From Phoronis australis (lineage: Eukaryota; Animalia; Phoronida), in contig NMRA01000836.1 of NCBI GenBank assembly GCA_002633005.1, positions 1-64,000 of the forward strand: DNA of 64,000 nt, given 5' to 3'. A program made the translations under genes and the position numbers. Positions 1 through 14,162 of the stretch are shown here, in pieces (within the stretch, counting starts at the first letter, position 1; each line of letters begins with the position of its first letter). The notes under the pieces are model-generated. The model saw nothing but the letters and a program-made list of their open reading frames with translations. It had not been told where the DNA came from and did no database searches.

Positions 1-522
1 GTAAACCGGTATACGGTACAAGCGTTATCAAGCAACAGAAATCCAGTACTGGGCCAATACTCTCATGTTTACTGGGAGAAGGTAAATAACTTCAATGATT
101 CAAAAGATGTTTACCCAATCACAAAGGTTTTAGAATATGGATCCCTCATAGCTTTTGTGAAGAACTTAGTCAGGCACTCAACCAAAATTATAGGCTTACA
201 ACTTTCTTTGTTTATTGGACTTTTGTTGCCAGTTGACACAATTCTTCAGCCAATTTGCAGGATGCATCAGAATTTATAAAAATGTGATGAACTAATTACT
301 CCAACTACCTATCCTAAATTTGCAGTTAAAGGAGTTCTTATCGATAACAATGAGCAAACATCTATAGTGTAGGTTTGAAATATACCGTGTGAATACATCT
401 ATACATAGGCTGCAGCGAAGGACTTACCATCGTAGTTTGTAAATTAACTTATTTCTTGAGAACACCTTGATAACAAGTAGCAGTCTATGTTGATAAAAAC
501 AACGATGGGTTAAACTCGACTT

Positions 523-557
523 GACATGTTTCGGCGTTTATGAAACACCATCTTCAG
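523..557 (-). ncRNA. Minimal type I hammerhead ribozyme core of Penelope-like element type (possibly decayed)
   Basis: Minus strand reads CUGAAGA-U-GGUGUUU-cau-AAACGCC-GAAA-CAUG-UC: conserved core boxes, 7-bp stem II, palindromic ACAUGU helix III and GUC cleavage triplet. Stem I pairing is poor. Confidence 0.55.
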
Positions 558-3500
558 ACGCAAAAACAGGGACCACCTTGCTACGTTCAACAACAAGTAA
601 TGATACACAGGCACAGTCAGTTACAGGGGAGCAACAATAGACTAGACTAACAATGACATCCTGTGGCGTGTCAGATGCCTATTGGGAACGGGCTTACGCC
701 AATTGATATGTTAAGCCTTTTTGCTTGGTCTATTACAACAAGTCATTGAAAGAGCATTGTATGTGAACTTCTATCAGAATTTAGATGTTCACTGTCACAA
801 ATAAGTTGTACACTACTCTGGACTGTACGTCCATCGAAATTTTGACCTTAGGGTTAAATAAATAAAGAATCCTACACGAGTCTCAGGTTTATGACATGGG
901 CAAAACCTCTGGGAAATTTTGAAGAAATTTTTCCCATTTCATAAATCTGAGACTAGTGCGGGCGTTGTTTTCTCACATGGATCGTATAAACGATGTTTTT
1001 CGCCGAAAAACTCGACGTGTCTAAAACTTTCAACACAATCATGACGCAACTTTTTTTTTAAAAAATACGCTTGTGCAATGAAAAGTAATTTATTTACTTT
1101 TTGTTTATAATTTTTAAAGCTTAACAATTGTAAATTGTATTCAGCTTTCTTAGCAAATACTCAAGTTAGAATCTAAAAAACAGTCCTTGAAGTTTTAATA
1201 TTAAAACTTAAAACATTCTTACAAATAAGTCAGCGAGGCTTTCCCGCGCGTGAGCACTGAATTGACCTTGAGACAGCATACAACTGTAGCTTAGACAGTC
1301 TCACCGCCATTCTTGAGTTGGGACTGGTCTCCGTGTGAACACAGACTATAGTGTTTATAATCTATGGTTTGAATGAACGTGGATATGGAATACGCCGCCG
1401 AAATGGATGAGTCTGTTTAAGAACTTGTTTGCATGTTCTTCCGACTGGGAGTACGTAAAGTTGTGACACCCCTTATGTCAATCATAACGTTATCACCATA
1501 GACATCACATAGTAGTATTATAATGTCTCGATCGTAATTTCCGGCATTGTGTAGTTGGCGCGCGTTTGGTTGTTTTGTTGTTTTGCAGTGAAGCGTATGG
1601 ATGTCTACTTTGCACTACTTTGTGATTCGCCCATGTAATATCTCTGATTTAGTTATTGAGGAGACTTGTGCCTCCTCTGGGAAGACGTAGATTTTCCAAT
1701 CTGTAGTCTATACGGTAATCTATGGTTTAAAATATTCCTTCTTTCCCCTATTGCTGAACATTTTGAAAGTTCCTTTGAATCGCATTGGATTTAACTGTTG
1801 TCAACATCAGTCTGAATGTCAAAATCCTAACAAGGGCGGATCCAGGATTTTGAGTTAGGGGGACTAGGGCAGAGTGTTAACCAGGATTTTGCCCGTCAGA
1901 CATTCGCACACTAGGCACACGAACTGCCAAATGGAATCTGGCAGAATGGGAGGCATGGCCTCTTGGTCCCCCTGCCGTAAATCTGCCACTGCCCAATGTC
2001 CATCTACATGCAATGCTTAATGCTCAGCTGTATGCCAACTGGCTAAATGCGCCTAAGTGATAATCTCAGGTCGCCAAAATGAAATCTGAGGTCTCCAAAT
2101 GCAACTGGGTAACCCAGGTAGCCAGATCAAAACTGAGGTCGGAAGTCAACGACCTATACGTCGTGCCGCTGTTAAAATTACTCTTATCTCTTCCCATTTT
2201 TCTTGTAACTATTCAAACATTCGTTGCGGAGTATTGCGGTGTATGGAACGCAGGCAGACGATCGGAAACACTGGACGCGCGTTTCATGGTTCAAATTTGC
2301 CCGGCATTTGCCGAACAATTCCGTCTTCTGTTTCTTCTCTGTTGTAATCTGAACGCGCGTTTGATATTTGTTGACTGGTGAGGATGGCCAGTGGCGGATC
2401 TGGGATATCATAAGGTGCGGTCAACATTATGTCTCGCCGGGGCATCCAGCCTAAAATATGGAGGCTCGAATTTCTGAGAGAGTGGACCTTTTACCGAAAT
2501 CAACGGGAGCTGCATCGCAATTACCGGGTTAGTTAATAATGAGCTTAATATTTCCTCACCCTTCTGTCGTATTATTTCTCAGCCATGGGGGGAGGGTCCT
2601 CCTTCCCTCCCCCACTTAAATCCGCCTACGTTGGCAAACGCAATGATTTCACGAAGTAAATAGAACACTTGTGAACCAATGGTATTGAACATAGGAAAAA
2701 CTCATTAAGAAGTCATGAAAAATTTTGAAACGAACTTCGGGCTGCATGTCATCAAAGCGAGCACTGGTCTAGTGTTACTTCATTCTACGGGTGAATGATG
2801 GACTATTCAGGATTTGTATACAGATGACTGCTTTCATATGTGAAGAATAAATGCCGGTCCAGACATCAGGGAACAACATTTGAACAACGTTACTGATGTC
2901 ATGCGGCGATCAAACGATGCATTTATGATCGTAAAAGGACACTTCAAATATATTTCGTTTACATCTGGTCGCGATGTATATTCAATGCTTCAACTCAGAA
3001 AGCTGTTTCACACTAGGGGTCGCTACTTAACTACATTTGCATATAGTTTGCGTGCGCGTGTGCTCATGTAGGAATGCCCGTGTATGAGTGTGCGTGCGAG
3101 AAAGTGTGCAAAAATGAGTGGTATATCTGTATAATGGTGCAATTTGTATGTGGTTATTCACGCTGGACATGGTGTCTGTAGAAGCAACTTCAGTCATTGT
3201 AAAGTGAGTACAGTTTTGTTCGTGTAACAACTTGAAAGTTTAGCAAGTGAGTGACCACGGATATCCATCGTCTCTAGAAGTGGAGAGTGTATTTATTTCC
3301 ACTGATGATTTTAGGAATGTTAAAACATAAACGATCAGTTGCTGTGACTGATTTGTGAAATGGAGTCATAAGTTTAGGATTGTAGTAGCGAAATGTAACA
3401 ATAAAGTTTCCTAAGAGATCTGAACGATACAAGTTAATTGGTGCATTGCTTCTGTTGTGCAAATTCAAAATGATAAAATTTTGAGATGAAAGTGTGAAAT

Positions 3501-4022
3501 AGTTTGGCACAATAAGTTTTTCCCATCTTCTCATAACATTCGTATGGCCTTTTGCTGTTTCCAAACCCATGTTCTATTGTTCTCAAATATAATTAGCCAC
3601 ATCATTTGTACTTCATGTAAGTTTATGGTGAACACGTCCCTATTGTCTTAAGATTTTAGTGCTTTGCCTGTAGGGATTTGGTAACAGTGGTGTCCTTGAG
3701 AATAATTTCACTTTCAGGTGTGAAGATGGTTTCGAGTGCCGAGGATATCAAAACTCGATTATTCGGCCGACTTGACATGTCAGATTTTTTGATAATCGAG
3801 CCGAGCAAACAGCAAAAAATTGGCTTATTTGGAAAACTTGTTGGGGAAATCGCGCCACCGCTTTATTTGCGCCGAATGATGACATTACAGTAGACTGAAC
3901 ATGAATTGAGTTTTGGTTTTGACCTGGAGACGACCCCGATCGTCATATCTATGGAAAATCGCAGCCTTAGTTTAAAACACGCTACGAAGTCGGGTAAACA
4001 AAGACTATCGAGATTCAAGCTC

Positions 4023-6649
4023 ATGATGACATCGCATCCGTATTCAGCCAAGGAGTATGCCGACACTTTCCCCCAACCTAAGTTGGATGAAGAGTATACG
4101 AAGGGTCGTCTACAAGGAAAGGTAGCCATAGTGACGGGTGGTAACTACGGAATTGGCCGAGCCATCGTGGAAAGATTCAGGTATGCACATTGCTAGCATG
4201 TGTAAAATGGTGATTGGAAGCGAAGTGGTCTACACATGTAGGCGCGCAGATAAACTAACAGAAAACCACTTGCATTATAGGCAGTGCCTTACATCCCCTG
4301 ATAGATTTGATGGGTGAAATGTCTCGATCGATGAGATTCTCAGTTCTTTCATGTGCTAGTGTCCACCATGTAGGCATATAGCTTTTCCGAGAGTGGTTTA
4401 TCACTAAAAAGAACACCCCTCCTTACAAGCAAAAATCGGTGAAAATGGAACATTGAGCATATTCTGTAAACGAAATCCTGTCGTACTTTTACTAACTGAG
4501 TACTCATGGTTTTGACTCGTGGTTTCGGGAGGTTAGTAATCAGGAGTGTTGGGAACAACTGTGGGATTGAGTGCCTGGACACACGTAATTTCGTGTGTGT
4601 GCATGCGCATGCTTGATCGGAAGTTTATCGATCACATCGCCATCACTTGCAAACGCATTCTGTGCTCATGTGCCTCCTGGCTCATATAGGTTGATGGTTA
4701 TCACGTGTCTTAGGGTTAACCTTTGTTCTCCGAAATCATATGTTTCCTGTCGTTTCTTCGCTTTAACAGTAGTTACGTTTGACCATAATCTCCCTTCATT
4801 TTTTCCACCCACTACCACCCCGTTTTCCGGCGTTTCCTCTTACCTGAGTCCCGGCTAGGCTTTTTATTGTTCATCTTTCCGGAGATTATTATTTTATGTT
4901 TATTTATTATTTTACACTCATGTTTCTGTACAGTACGTTATCAATCATAATTAATGGTCTCATCGCCTACATAATGGTCTCCCTTTTATCTCTGGAAACG
5001 GAGCTTGCGATGCACCTATCATTTTCGAGACATACTTTGAACATAAATTGCAACTCTTGAAATCGAAGCCGGTGGTCGTAATACTACGTAAGAATAAACT
5101 GAGATCGTTTCTTAGACTTCAACCAATGAGAATTACTGAATGTTATGACACTGGTTTCATTATCTTTAACCGATGACATGAGAAGTGCTACTGACCTTTC
5201 GTAACACTGTGAAATAGAGTGTACCTGAACCAAATGATAAGGCAACGTACTTAATATCTGCCGCGTGTTAACGCTGTAGTTACGTTGACCCCTAGCCCAG
5301 ACAGCATGAGCTAAAAATGTGTTTGAACTGCCAGTGATGCACACGTACCCGGTCACGGTCACAAATAGCGAGTGTAGACGTTGTTTGGTTCAATGCAAAC
5401 GAGTGCTTGACAAAGAAAGCTTTTTGAGAGACAGAACGAGTTTATCTAAGTAATATAGCATGGCTGTTCATTAAATGTAGCTTAAAATGCATATCACCCT
5501 ATTTACCTGGCAAAAAACCTAAAATCTGATCAGGGTTTTACTCTCATAGGCTCGTTCTTAAAGTCATATCACGCTATAGAATGTCTTTTATGAGTCTAAT
5601 TTTTAATAGTCTACGTCGATTTTCGTTTCCTGCCAATTTAACAGGGCTGACACCAGTTAACTCTTTGTTTGTGTTAAAGTCCGGTTCATATACGTGGTCC
5701 TGTTACTTCACGGTAAGGATTAAAGCGGCCAGAAAGTAAAACTTACATTTTCCAAGTCTATAGCCTGTGAACTACTAATTGAAATTCCACGTAGCACAAA
5801 CTTGGCAATCATGATAATATCTAGAGGAAATAAAATAATAAGACATCCACTTTCCCTTATGAAAAAAAAACACGAAGCAGATTCCTGGAAGGGACAAATA
5901 ACATGTACGAGACAAGGCGAGACCTCGATAAAATAATAGTCGATCCCATTTGCAGACATAAAAGTTCCCAGGAGCTGTTTCATCTATGGCATCGATTATA
6001 CAACTATAGGCCAATCCCTAGGTTGATATCAGGTCATGTGAACTGAGGAGAGCAATTTGGTCTTATGATTAGGTTTAGTACGTTTTGATGTACGCTTTCT
6101 GTCAGGGTTTATGTTTGCAACGTGAGATTCATCAGAACACATATAGTGACACGTCCCGGCGGCAGGAATGAAACGTGATATTCTGCGGTTTGCTCATCAA
6201 CATCTTCCTAAAAAGGAAGTTGAAGTACCACATTTTGCACATCAGACAGCAGAAGTATCCGTGGTCGTGTAGTAACTTTTTATAAATTAACAAAACTGAG
6301 GCTTGACATTTCAATTCTATTGAAGCTTATTACATGTCTTCTTGATAAACTTTCATTGGAAATCATTTTCTTTGTTGTCTTTAAATAACATCACAGCGAA
6401 GAACGGTGCTTAAAAAGGGCTTTGGTTTCAGCTCCGATGGCGCCATCGTCGCCATCTTTGCCAGAAACGAGGAATGTGGCAACGCTGTCGTGAAGGAGAC
6501 CAACGCCAAAGGTGGCAAGGTATCTTATTATAAGGTGGACGTGACAGATAGAAAGACATGTCAAGAGGCTGTGAAATCTGTTGCCGATGCTAACGGTGGA
6601 AGGATTGATATACTGGTAAACAACGCCGCAAACGTGGACGCACTCGGGG
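4023..6649 (+). CDS. SDR copy A, exons 1-2 only (exon 3 absent; interrupted by unrelated sequence and an assembly join)
   Basis: Exons 4023-4180 and 6432-6649 are near-identical to copy B exons 1-2. Similarity to copy B stops at ~7451, about 115 bp before exon 3 would be expected, followed by unrelated sequence and an N at 8971. Confidence 0.8.
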
Positions 6650-8784
6650 GTAAGTCTTTAGTTTGCAGCTGGTGTAGCTAAAACATTAATTTAAGGACTC
6701 TTGAGGGCCACTGAGATTTCTTCAAATAGAGGAAATGTTTACGAGCTTTTAAAAGACAGGATAGTCACGCATCTCTGAGATTAGAACCTATTAAAAGGCA
6801 AACAAATGTGTCACGAATACATTCCGTTTTTGCCGTAAGGTGGGGATGCGGTTTGCTGCAGACACCTATTTGCGAGAAAGTACGCAAATTAGCCAGTGTC
6901 TCCAGGAATAACCAGGAGCTAGCGAAATCTGAGCTCGAAATTCCCATACAAGTCTTGCCAAGATTTCGCGATACTACTGCGACCATGGACACCATAATAA
7001 TATTATGTCTATGACTGCGACATTAACATCATGTTCGCACGTCATCTACATAATATTTGCAAGACATTATTGAGAATGTTTTACACAGCAAATTAAGTTC
7101 CTATTCCGCAAATATCTAACAAACGCTGTGCACAATTTTTTCATCACAATCTAAGAAGGTTACATAAAACCGGTTCGAAACACTTCAGCCAACTATGCGA
7201 CTATTATGAGTAAAGTATTTTTCCGAACCTCTCAAATAGAAGAAAGCGGTACCACGGTCGAACACAGGGTGGTACTCAGTGGTACTTAGAGGCCTACAAG
7301 TTTGTGTATTCAACCAAATATTTGGAAAACTGAAGATTTTAACTCAGAAGAAATTAACATTTTCTGAAGCTAGATTGCTTGTAGCACTTGATTTTTGAGT
7401 TATGTCACTATACCATTTTTGGGTCACATAACTATGTCTTTAGTGAAATTGCCAAAAGGGGTACGTTCATGACTGCTCACACCACAAAAACGGCTTTAAT
7501 ACCATTAACTGATTGATCAAAATGTTTTAGAAGTGGTCTTCATAGCTCTGTTATATTTTACTATCAGTTCGTTTTCGTTATATCCATCTTTTTCATAGAT
7601 ATCAGGAACTTCATTACTTCCCATGAAAAAATAATACGTTTTAAAAACAATACTCAATAGTCGTTTGGTGCATAGTGCATAAAGCGTTTCGAATTTGTAC
7701 CTTTTCAGGGTACTGCATAGTCTAAAAAATGCATTTGCGTGCTCCTAACTATGCCAATGTATAGCAGGAACTAAACGAAAATGCTATTTGAACATCATCA
7801 ACGCTAAACAAAGTGCAGTTGTATTCAATGACGACTTGTAAATCTGAAAATATAAATTCCACAAATAGGTGACCTTTGTACTAATGGCGTACCTTGCAGG
7901 CTCACATAACCTACACCATGCAGTATTATTATTATTATTATTATTCCCAATTACCACGTCACGATACTTACTGGACACGGTTGAGTGATTTACGACAGAT
8001 GGTTTTTGACACAAAACTCGTTCTTAAACAGATCTGGCAATTTTCAACCTACTTCATATTTACATTGTCGCTATATGCTGTGTTTCTAACTAATATTTCG
8101 GAAAAACCAATGTCAGAGATACGGAACGAACGTGCGAGTTCCAATCTAATCAACGTAGTTTTTCAACTTGTAAAGTTTATGGCCATTTAAAACAACGCGC
8201 ACAAGTTCCAATGAAATCAACTTAACTTCCAACTTTGAAAGTTGGTGGCCATTTAAAACAACGCGGTGCTTTGAAATGTGCCCACGAATGTGCCGCAATT
8301 GTGTGGTTCTAGGGGTGTTCATTTGTATCATAAAGATGGCCACTAGATGGCGCAAAATACGTCGCAGACATCCAAAAACGAAAACATGCCATCACCTTGT
8401 AATAGAAAGATTTTCGCCAAATTTCATGATAAAATCTGTCAAGAAACTTCAGAGAAACAAAGTAAATGCAAAAAATGAAATTGACACTAGGGGACACAGC
8501 GTTCGTCGAATCCGTCTGAAAATCGTCGTCGTCCGTTGTCAGCTTCTTTGCAGTGGGTTTAGAAGGTACAGCTATGGGCGCACAAAAACTGCTCCACAAT
8601 GATCGCAGACGTCAGAAAATCATCGTCAGCCGTCCCCTTCATAGTAAGAACATACATGTCAGTTTTCACAAAAAACTGACTCGAAGACAGTAAAAATGGC
8701 CACTAGGAGGCGCAAAATACCTGGTATCCATTCGAAAACGGGAAGATAGCGTCATCTCACTAATAGATTTTATGGAAATCCGAG

Positions 8785-8970
8785 GAACTTGGGAATATTT
8801 GTTAAAAATGATTTGTTTAAAACATTTAAAATCGATATTGTTGACAAGTCGTGTGATGGTATATTAGCTTTAAGACTAACTCATATACGCTCAAACTATT
8901 GTATAATTGTATTTTGTTGCTACTTACCACCTGAGAATTCTTCAAGGGGTTGTGATGCGGATAGTTTCTA
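8785..8970 (+). mobile_element. Non-LTR retrotransposon (LINE) APE-endonuclease fragment
   Basis: Translates GIFVKNDLFKTFKIDIVDKSCDGILALRL...IVFCCYLPPENSSRG, matching the GI/GV..K...YxPP pattern of LINE endonuclease domains; cut by the N at 8971. Confidence 0.7.
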
Positions 8971-9232
8971 NACTTAGAGTACTTATTGTTGTGATGTAGG
9001 TAACTGTTCCTTTGTCAAATTATATGCAAATTTAGTCGGTTCGTTACTACTGGACACCAAGCTGTTTTCGTGGTTATTTTTGTGAGAAACCTTGTTTGCA
9101 CATCACAGTATGGTGCAAAACGATCGTGACAAGGAATGGCTCACTAATTTTTTCTTTAATCATTTACAGTGTAGTTAGCATAAGTAGGTTTAATCAGCTG
9201 CTGGAACGTTTAAGGTACATTTTTATTTCCAG

Positions 9233-9442
9233 CCTTTGGATCTCTACAAAACTGAAGATGCATTCATTAAGAAACATGGACATACTCAAATGGGCAACAA
9301 GGTCATGTCAAGCTCTGGAATAGCCTCTGTCGTCGCTTTTATATGTAGCAAAGATGCCATGTACATCAATGCTGCTAACATCCCAGTGGATTTGGGATTC
9401 ACCGCGATGGGACCTGAAGGAACCGGCATCAGTTCTGATTAA
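9233..9442 (+). CDS. Orphan SDR terminal exon 5 (third variant) on a short segment between single-N joins
   Basis: Acceptor tttccag|CCT, then PLDLYKTEDAFIKKHGHTQMGNKVMSSSG...GPEGTGISSD*. The segment 8972-9849 is bounded by Ns. Confidence 0.75.
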   Translation, partial: PLDLYKTEDAFIKKHGHTQMGNKVMSSSGIASVVAFICSKDAMYINAANIPVDLGFTAMGPEGTGISSD

Positions 9443-10326
9443 TTGTTGCTCTTTTCCCCGAATGAAGAAACAGGGTTATGCATTCGTCTCCGTTCATTAT
9501 GAGACTTTCTGATACGCTATATGTATCGCGATTGTCTGGATCAGCTTGTAGGAAATATAAATATCATCTTCAAAAGTGTTTGAAAGAATTTTAAGACGCT
9601 AGCTAAATGTTTTATGTAATTAAACAATAACAACAACATTTGCACCTACTTCCTTTTCACACTACACTTTCAGTTTCTGGGTTAAACTGCGAAGTCTAAT
9701 AAATTGCTTCTGTATTGCAGAAACGGTAGTACTCACTCTAAGTTGTTTCCATTTTGTACCAAGTCACATGAAAAAATTTTCGCAGTATCCTGGCCAATCC
9801 AGCGCCAGAGGTCGCTAAAAGTGCCTTAAGATATCCGCGGCGGTGGATCNGCTTTCCGTCCTCGTGTTATTTTAAGATATGTGAACTCTAACGTAATCAG
9901 AAAAATGTGCGACGTCATGAGTGGAATCCGTCTCCCCCTGCGATTGGCCATGATAACACTGATGTTTGAGCCAAACTCCGAAGAAGTAGTCAGAACCCTG
10001 TAACACATAATGGACATGTGTTTTTTAGTACGAGTGGGAAGTGACTACATGTTATACAATCTAAGTACGAACCGAGAGGACAGTATCGAATTTCGTACAT
10101 CTTTAGCCAAAATTTTTCGTATCAGCCTGCCTCATTCCGTTTCACTGAGATGTTAAGTGAAGCACGAGCGTCCTCATGACGAGTTTGATGTTTTTCGGTG
10201 GAAGCAGACCCAACAGCTTCTCAGAAATGGAAACCGTCGCAAAATCTGCTCTGTCCTACAGTAATTTGAAAGGAAGAAGTTCTTTGTAGCTTTAATTTTC
10301 ATTTATTTTGCTTTCATTTGTGTCAG

Positions 10327-11132
10327 GTGGGCCTGAAAGTTCTATCGTTAACATCACAAGTATTGCGGCTGTGGATGCCATACCAACATTTTCGGCATAT
10401 AATACGTCCAAGGCTGCTCTGCTAATGATGAGTAAATGCATGGCGCTGGATTTATCGTCTTCAGGAGTGAGAGTCAACTGTGTTAGTCCAGGATGGACGT
10501 GGACAGGAATTGTAAGTATAGCTGTATTGCTTGACTGATAAAGAAAGTCTCGATACGGTCTTCATGGAAGTATCAGATTATGCAGTCTAGAAAGTAACTC
10601 TTCAGTTTGTGCAATTCCTTGCATGAAGTGACTCTAAAGCTGCCTTCCTTTGGAAATAATGATTTAGAGTACTAGTCTTATTGTTGTGATACAGGTAACT
10701 GTTCCTTAGTCAAATTATATGCACATTCTGTCGGTTCGTTACTGTTGGACACCAAGCTGCATTTGTAGTTATTTTTGTGAGAAACCATGTTTCAACATCA
10801 CAGTATGGTGCAAAACGAGCGTGTCAAGGAATGGCTCACTACTTCTTTCTTTAATCATATACTCAGCACAAGTAGGTTTCATCAGCTGTTGGAACGCTTA
10901 AGATACATTTTTTTATTTCCAGCCTCTGGATCTCTACAAAACTGAAGAGGAATTCATAAAGAAACGAGGATATTCTCAAATGGGCAACAAGGTCATACCA
11001 AGCTCTGGGATAGCCTCTGTCGTCGCTTTTATATGTAGCAAAGATGCCACGTACATCAATGCTGCTAACATCCTAGTGGATTTGGGCTACACCGCGATGG
11101 GACCTGAAGGAACCGGCATCAGTTCTGATTAA
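10327..11132 (+). CDS. SDR exons 4-5 of another paralog/allele (3' half)
   Basis: Exon 10327-10511 (GGPESSIVNITSIAAVDAIPTFSAYNTSK...SPGWTWTGI) and exon 10923-11132 (PLDLYKTEEEFIKKRGYSQ...GISSD*); canonical splice sites and intact frames. Confidence 0.8.
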
Positions 11133-13225
11133 ATATTGCTCTTTTCGATGAATCAAGAGACAGGGTTATGCATTCGTCTCCGTTCATTAGTAGTTCTGAC
11201 ATTCTGATACGCTATATGAATCACGATTGCCTGGATCAGCTTGTAGGAAATATAAATATCATCTTCAAAAGTGTTTGAAAGAATTTAAGACGCTAGCTAA
11301 ATGTTTTTATATGAACAAACAATAACAACAACTTTTGCATGTACTTCCTATTCACACTACACTTTCAGTTTCCGGGTTAAACTGCGAAATCTAATAAAAT
11401 ACTTCCGTATTGCAGAAACGGTAGTACTCACAGTAAGTTGTTTCCATTTTGTACCCAGTCACATGAATAAATTTTCGCAGTATCCTGGCCAATCCAGCGC
11501 CAGAGGTCGCTAAAAGTGCCTTAAGATATCCGCGGCGGTGGATCGATCGAAGTAGGTGAGAGCACATTTGTTAGGGTTACCAGAAGCTCGAAACCATCAA
11601 AAGCAGGAAATAAGCTTAACAGGATTTTATGTTCCGTACACGACAGAAACTCGTAAAAACGCAGGATTTCACGAGAAATCTCCATGTGTTACAAGCAAAG
11701 CACGTGATCACACCTGTGTTAGCTTAACTCTCAGTTCAGAATTGAGATCCATAAACGCAAGAATTTCGGTATGGAAGCTTATCATTCATCCCATACTTCC
11801 AATGTAATACATGGCGATATCTTACGGGGTCTTACGTGATTTTGCGTTATCGTAAGATTCTCATGACGACGGAAAGCACGACCGGGGTCGAGTTCAATAA
11901 CGCTAGTACATCGACAAATAGCACTGAAAATCCGCGAGACTGTAAGAGATATTGTCGTGTATCTTCAATGAGAGCACGTGATTTTGTTAGATTTTCTCGC
12001 CTTGAGAGTAATCTATTGATTTCTACTCCGATTATTTTTTTTCTGATCAACCGCAGTAGCAAGTAGTTTGGCACTTGTAGTCACACTTTTAAGCAATATA
12101 CACGTTCAGCCATACATTCTGTATGGGCAATGGAAAGCTATCAAGTTCCGGCTATTTTCCCCGGAGTTGTGGGTCCCCCTCAGTGTCCACCCCTCTCGAC
12201 ACCCCTGACTAAGTGTTCAATTTGGTTTGCTACGTGTTTTTATCCAAATTACATCGAGTATTCACTGTGAAAACCACGATTTACTTGTTGAGACCGGTGG
12301 GCATGTGAAAATAGACTTTGTTGATATAATCGAGATCCCGATAAGTCTCGCGATAATTAGGTCGAGATCCCGAGATAATTAAGTAGTGATATCCAGATCC
12401 TGACGTAGTGAAGTTGGTGTCTCGAGATCCTGAGATAATTAAAAAAGAAAGACGAGATATCGCCTTGGAGCCTTCGTACCTCCGATCTCGTCCTAAGGTT
12501 GTGCCGCAAATGTGTAGCATGTGGTGGTTGCATTGTTTGGAATTTACACTTTTCGTAACATAACCGTTTTTTTGACCAAATTGCATTAAAAAGCCCTTTG
12601 TCAGTTCTGTATGGTGTATAATTACAGCAGAAACAGACGATACATAATTTGATTCATAAACAATCATCATTTCGCGTACCTGGCAGGCTAAAAAATATCA
12701 CTAAAATGCAAAAATAATGGGATGTAATAGTAACACGAAAATGAAATGAACCGGGGAGGTTCAAATGACTAATTAAACCAGCAGTGCAATAAGTTCAATG
12801 ATTCAAAATATGTTCACCCAATCACAAAGGTTTTAGAATATGGATCCCTCACAGCTTATGTGAAAAACTTAGTCAGGCACTCAACCAAAATTATAGGCCT
12901 ACAACTTTCTATGTTTATTGGACCTTCATTGCCAGTTGACACAATTCTTTCGCAAATTTTTAGGATGCATCAATATTTATAAAATTGTAATGAACTAATT
13001 ACTCCAACTACCTATCCTAAATTTGCAGTTAAAGGAGTTCTTATCGATAACAATGAGCGAACATCTGAAGTGTAGGTTTGAAATATACCGTGTGGATACA
13101 TCTATACATAGGCTGCAGCGAAGGACTTACCATCGTAGTTTGTAAATTAACTCATTTCTTGAGAACACCTTGATAGCAAGTAGCAGTCTATGTTGATAAA
13201 AACAACGATGGGTTAAACTCGACTT

Positions 13226-13260
13226 GACATGTTTCGGCGTTTATGAAACACCATCTTCAG
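13226..13260 (-). ncRNA. Second, identical hammerhead core motif in duplication unit 2
   Basis: Same 35-nt sequence as 523-557. Confidence 0.55.
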
Positions 13261-14162
13261 ACGCAAAAACAGGGACCACCTTGCTACGTTCAACAACAAG
13301 TAATGATACACAGGCACAGTCAGTTGCAGGGGAGCAACAATAGACCAGACTAGCAATGACATCCTGTGGCGTGTCAGATGCCTATTGGGAATGGGCTTAC
13401 GCCAATTGATAAGTTAATTTCTGCTTGGTCTATTATAACAAGTCATTGTAAGAGCATTGTATGTGAACTTCTATCAGAATTTAGATGTTCACTGGTCCGG
13501 GTTTTCAAATGCCGAATAGTTTCGCCAGTATGACTCGAACCACATCCAGTTCACAGGTAAGTTGTACACTACCCCCGGACTGTACAATGTACGTCCATCG
13601 AAATTTTGACCTTAGGTTTAAATAAGTAAAGAATCCTACACGAGTCTCAGGTTTATGACATGGGCAAAACCTCTGGGAAATTTTGAAGAAATGTTTCCCA
13701 TTTCATAAATCTGAGACTAGTGCGGGCATTGTTTTCTCACATGGATCTTATAAACGATGTTTTTCGCCGAAAAACTCGACGTGTCAACACAATGACGCAA
13801 CTTTTTTAAAAATACGCTTGTGCAATGAAAAGTAATTTATTTACTTTTTGTTAGTAATTTTTAAAGCTTAACAATTGTAAATTGTATTTAGATTTCTTAG
13901 CAAATACTCAAGTTAGAATCTAAAAAACAATCCTTGAAGATTTAATATTAAAACTTAAATCATGCTTATAAATAAGTCAGCAAGGCTTTCCAGCGCGTGA
14001 GCACTGAATTGACCTTGAAACAGCATAGCTTAGACAGTCTCCCCGCTTTTCTTGAGTTGGGACTGGTCTCCGTGTGAACACAGACTATAGTGTTTATAAT
14101 CTATGGTTTGAATGAACGTCACGGTGGATATGGAATACGCCGCCGAAATGGATGAGTCTGTT

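Noticed and set aside
2079-2381. 100-aa ORF conserved at 15612-15893
   Set aside because: Conservation is explained by the segmental duplication; no recognisable domain, and the N-termini differ.
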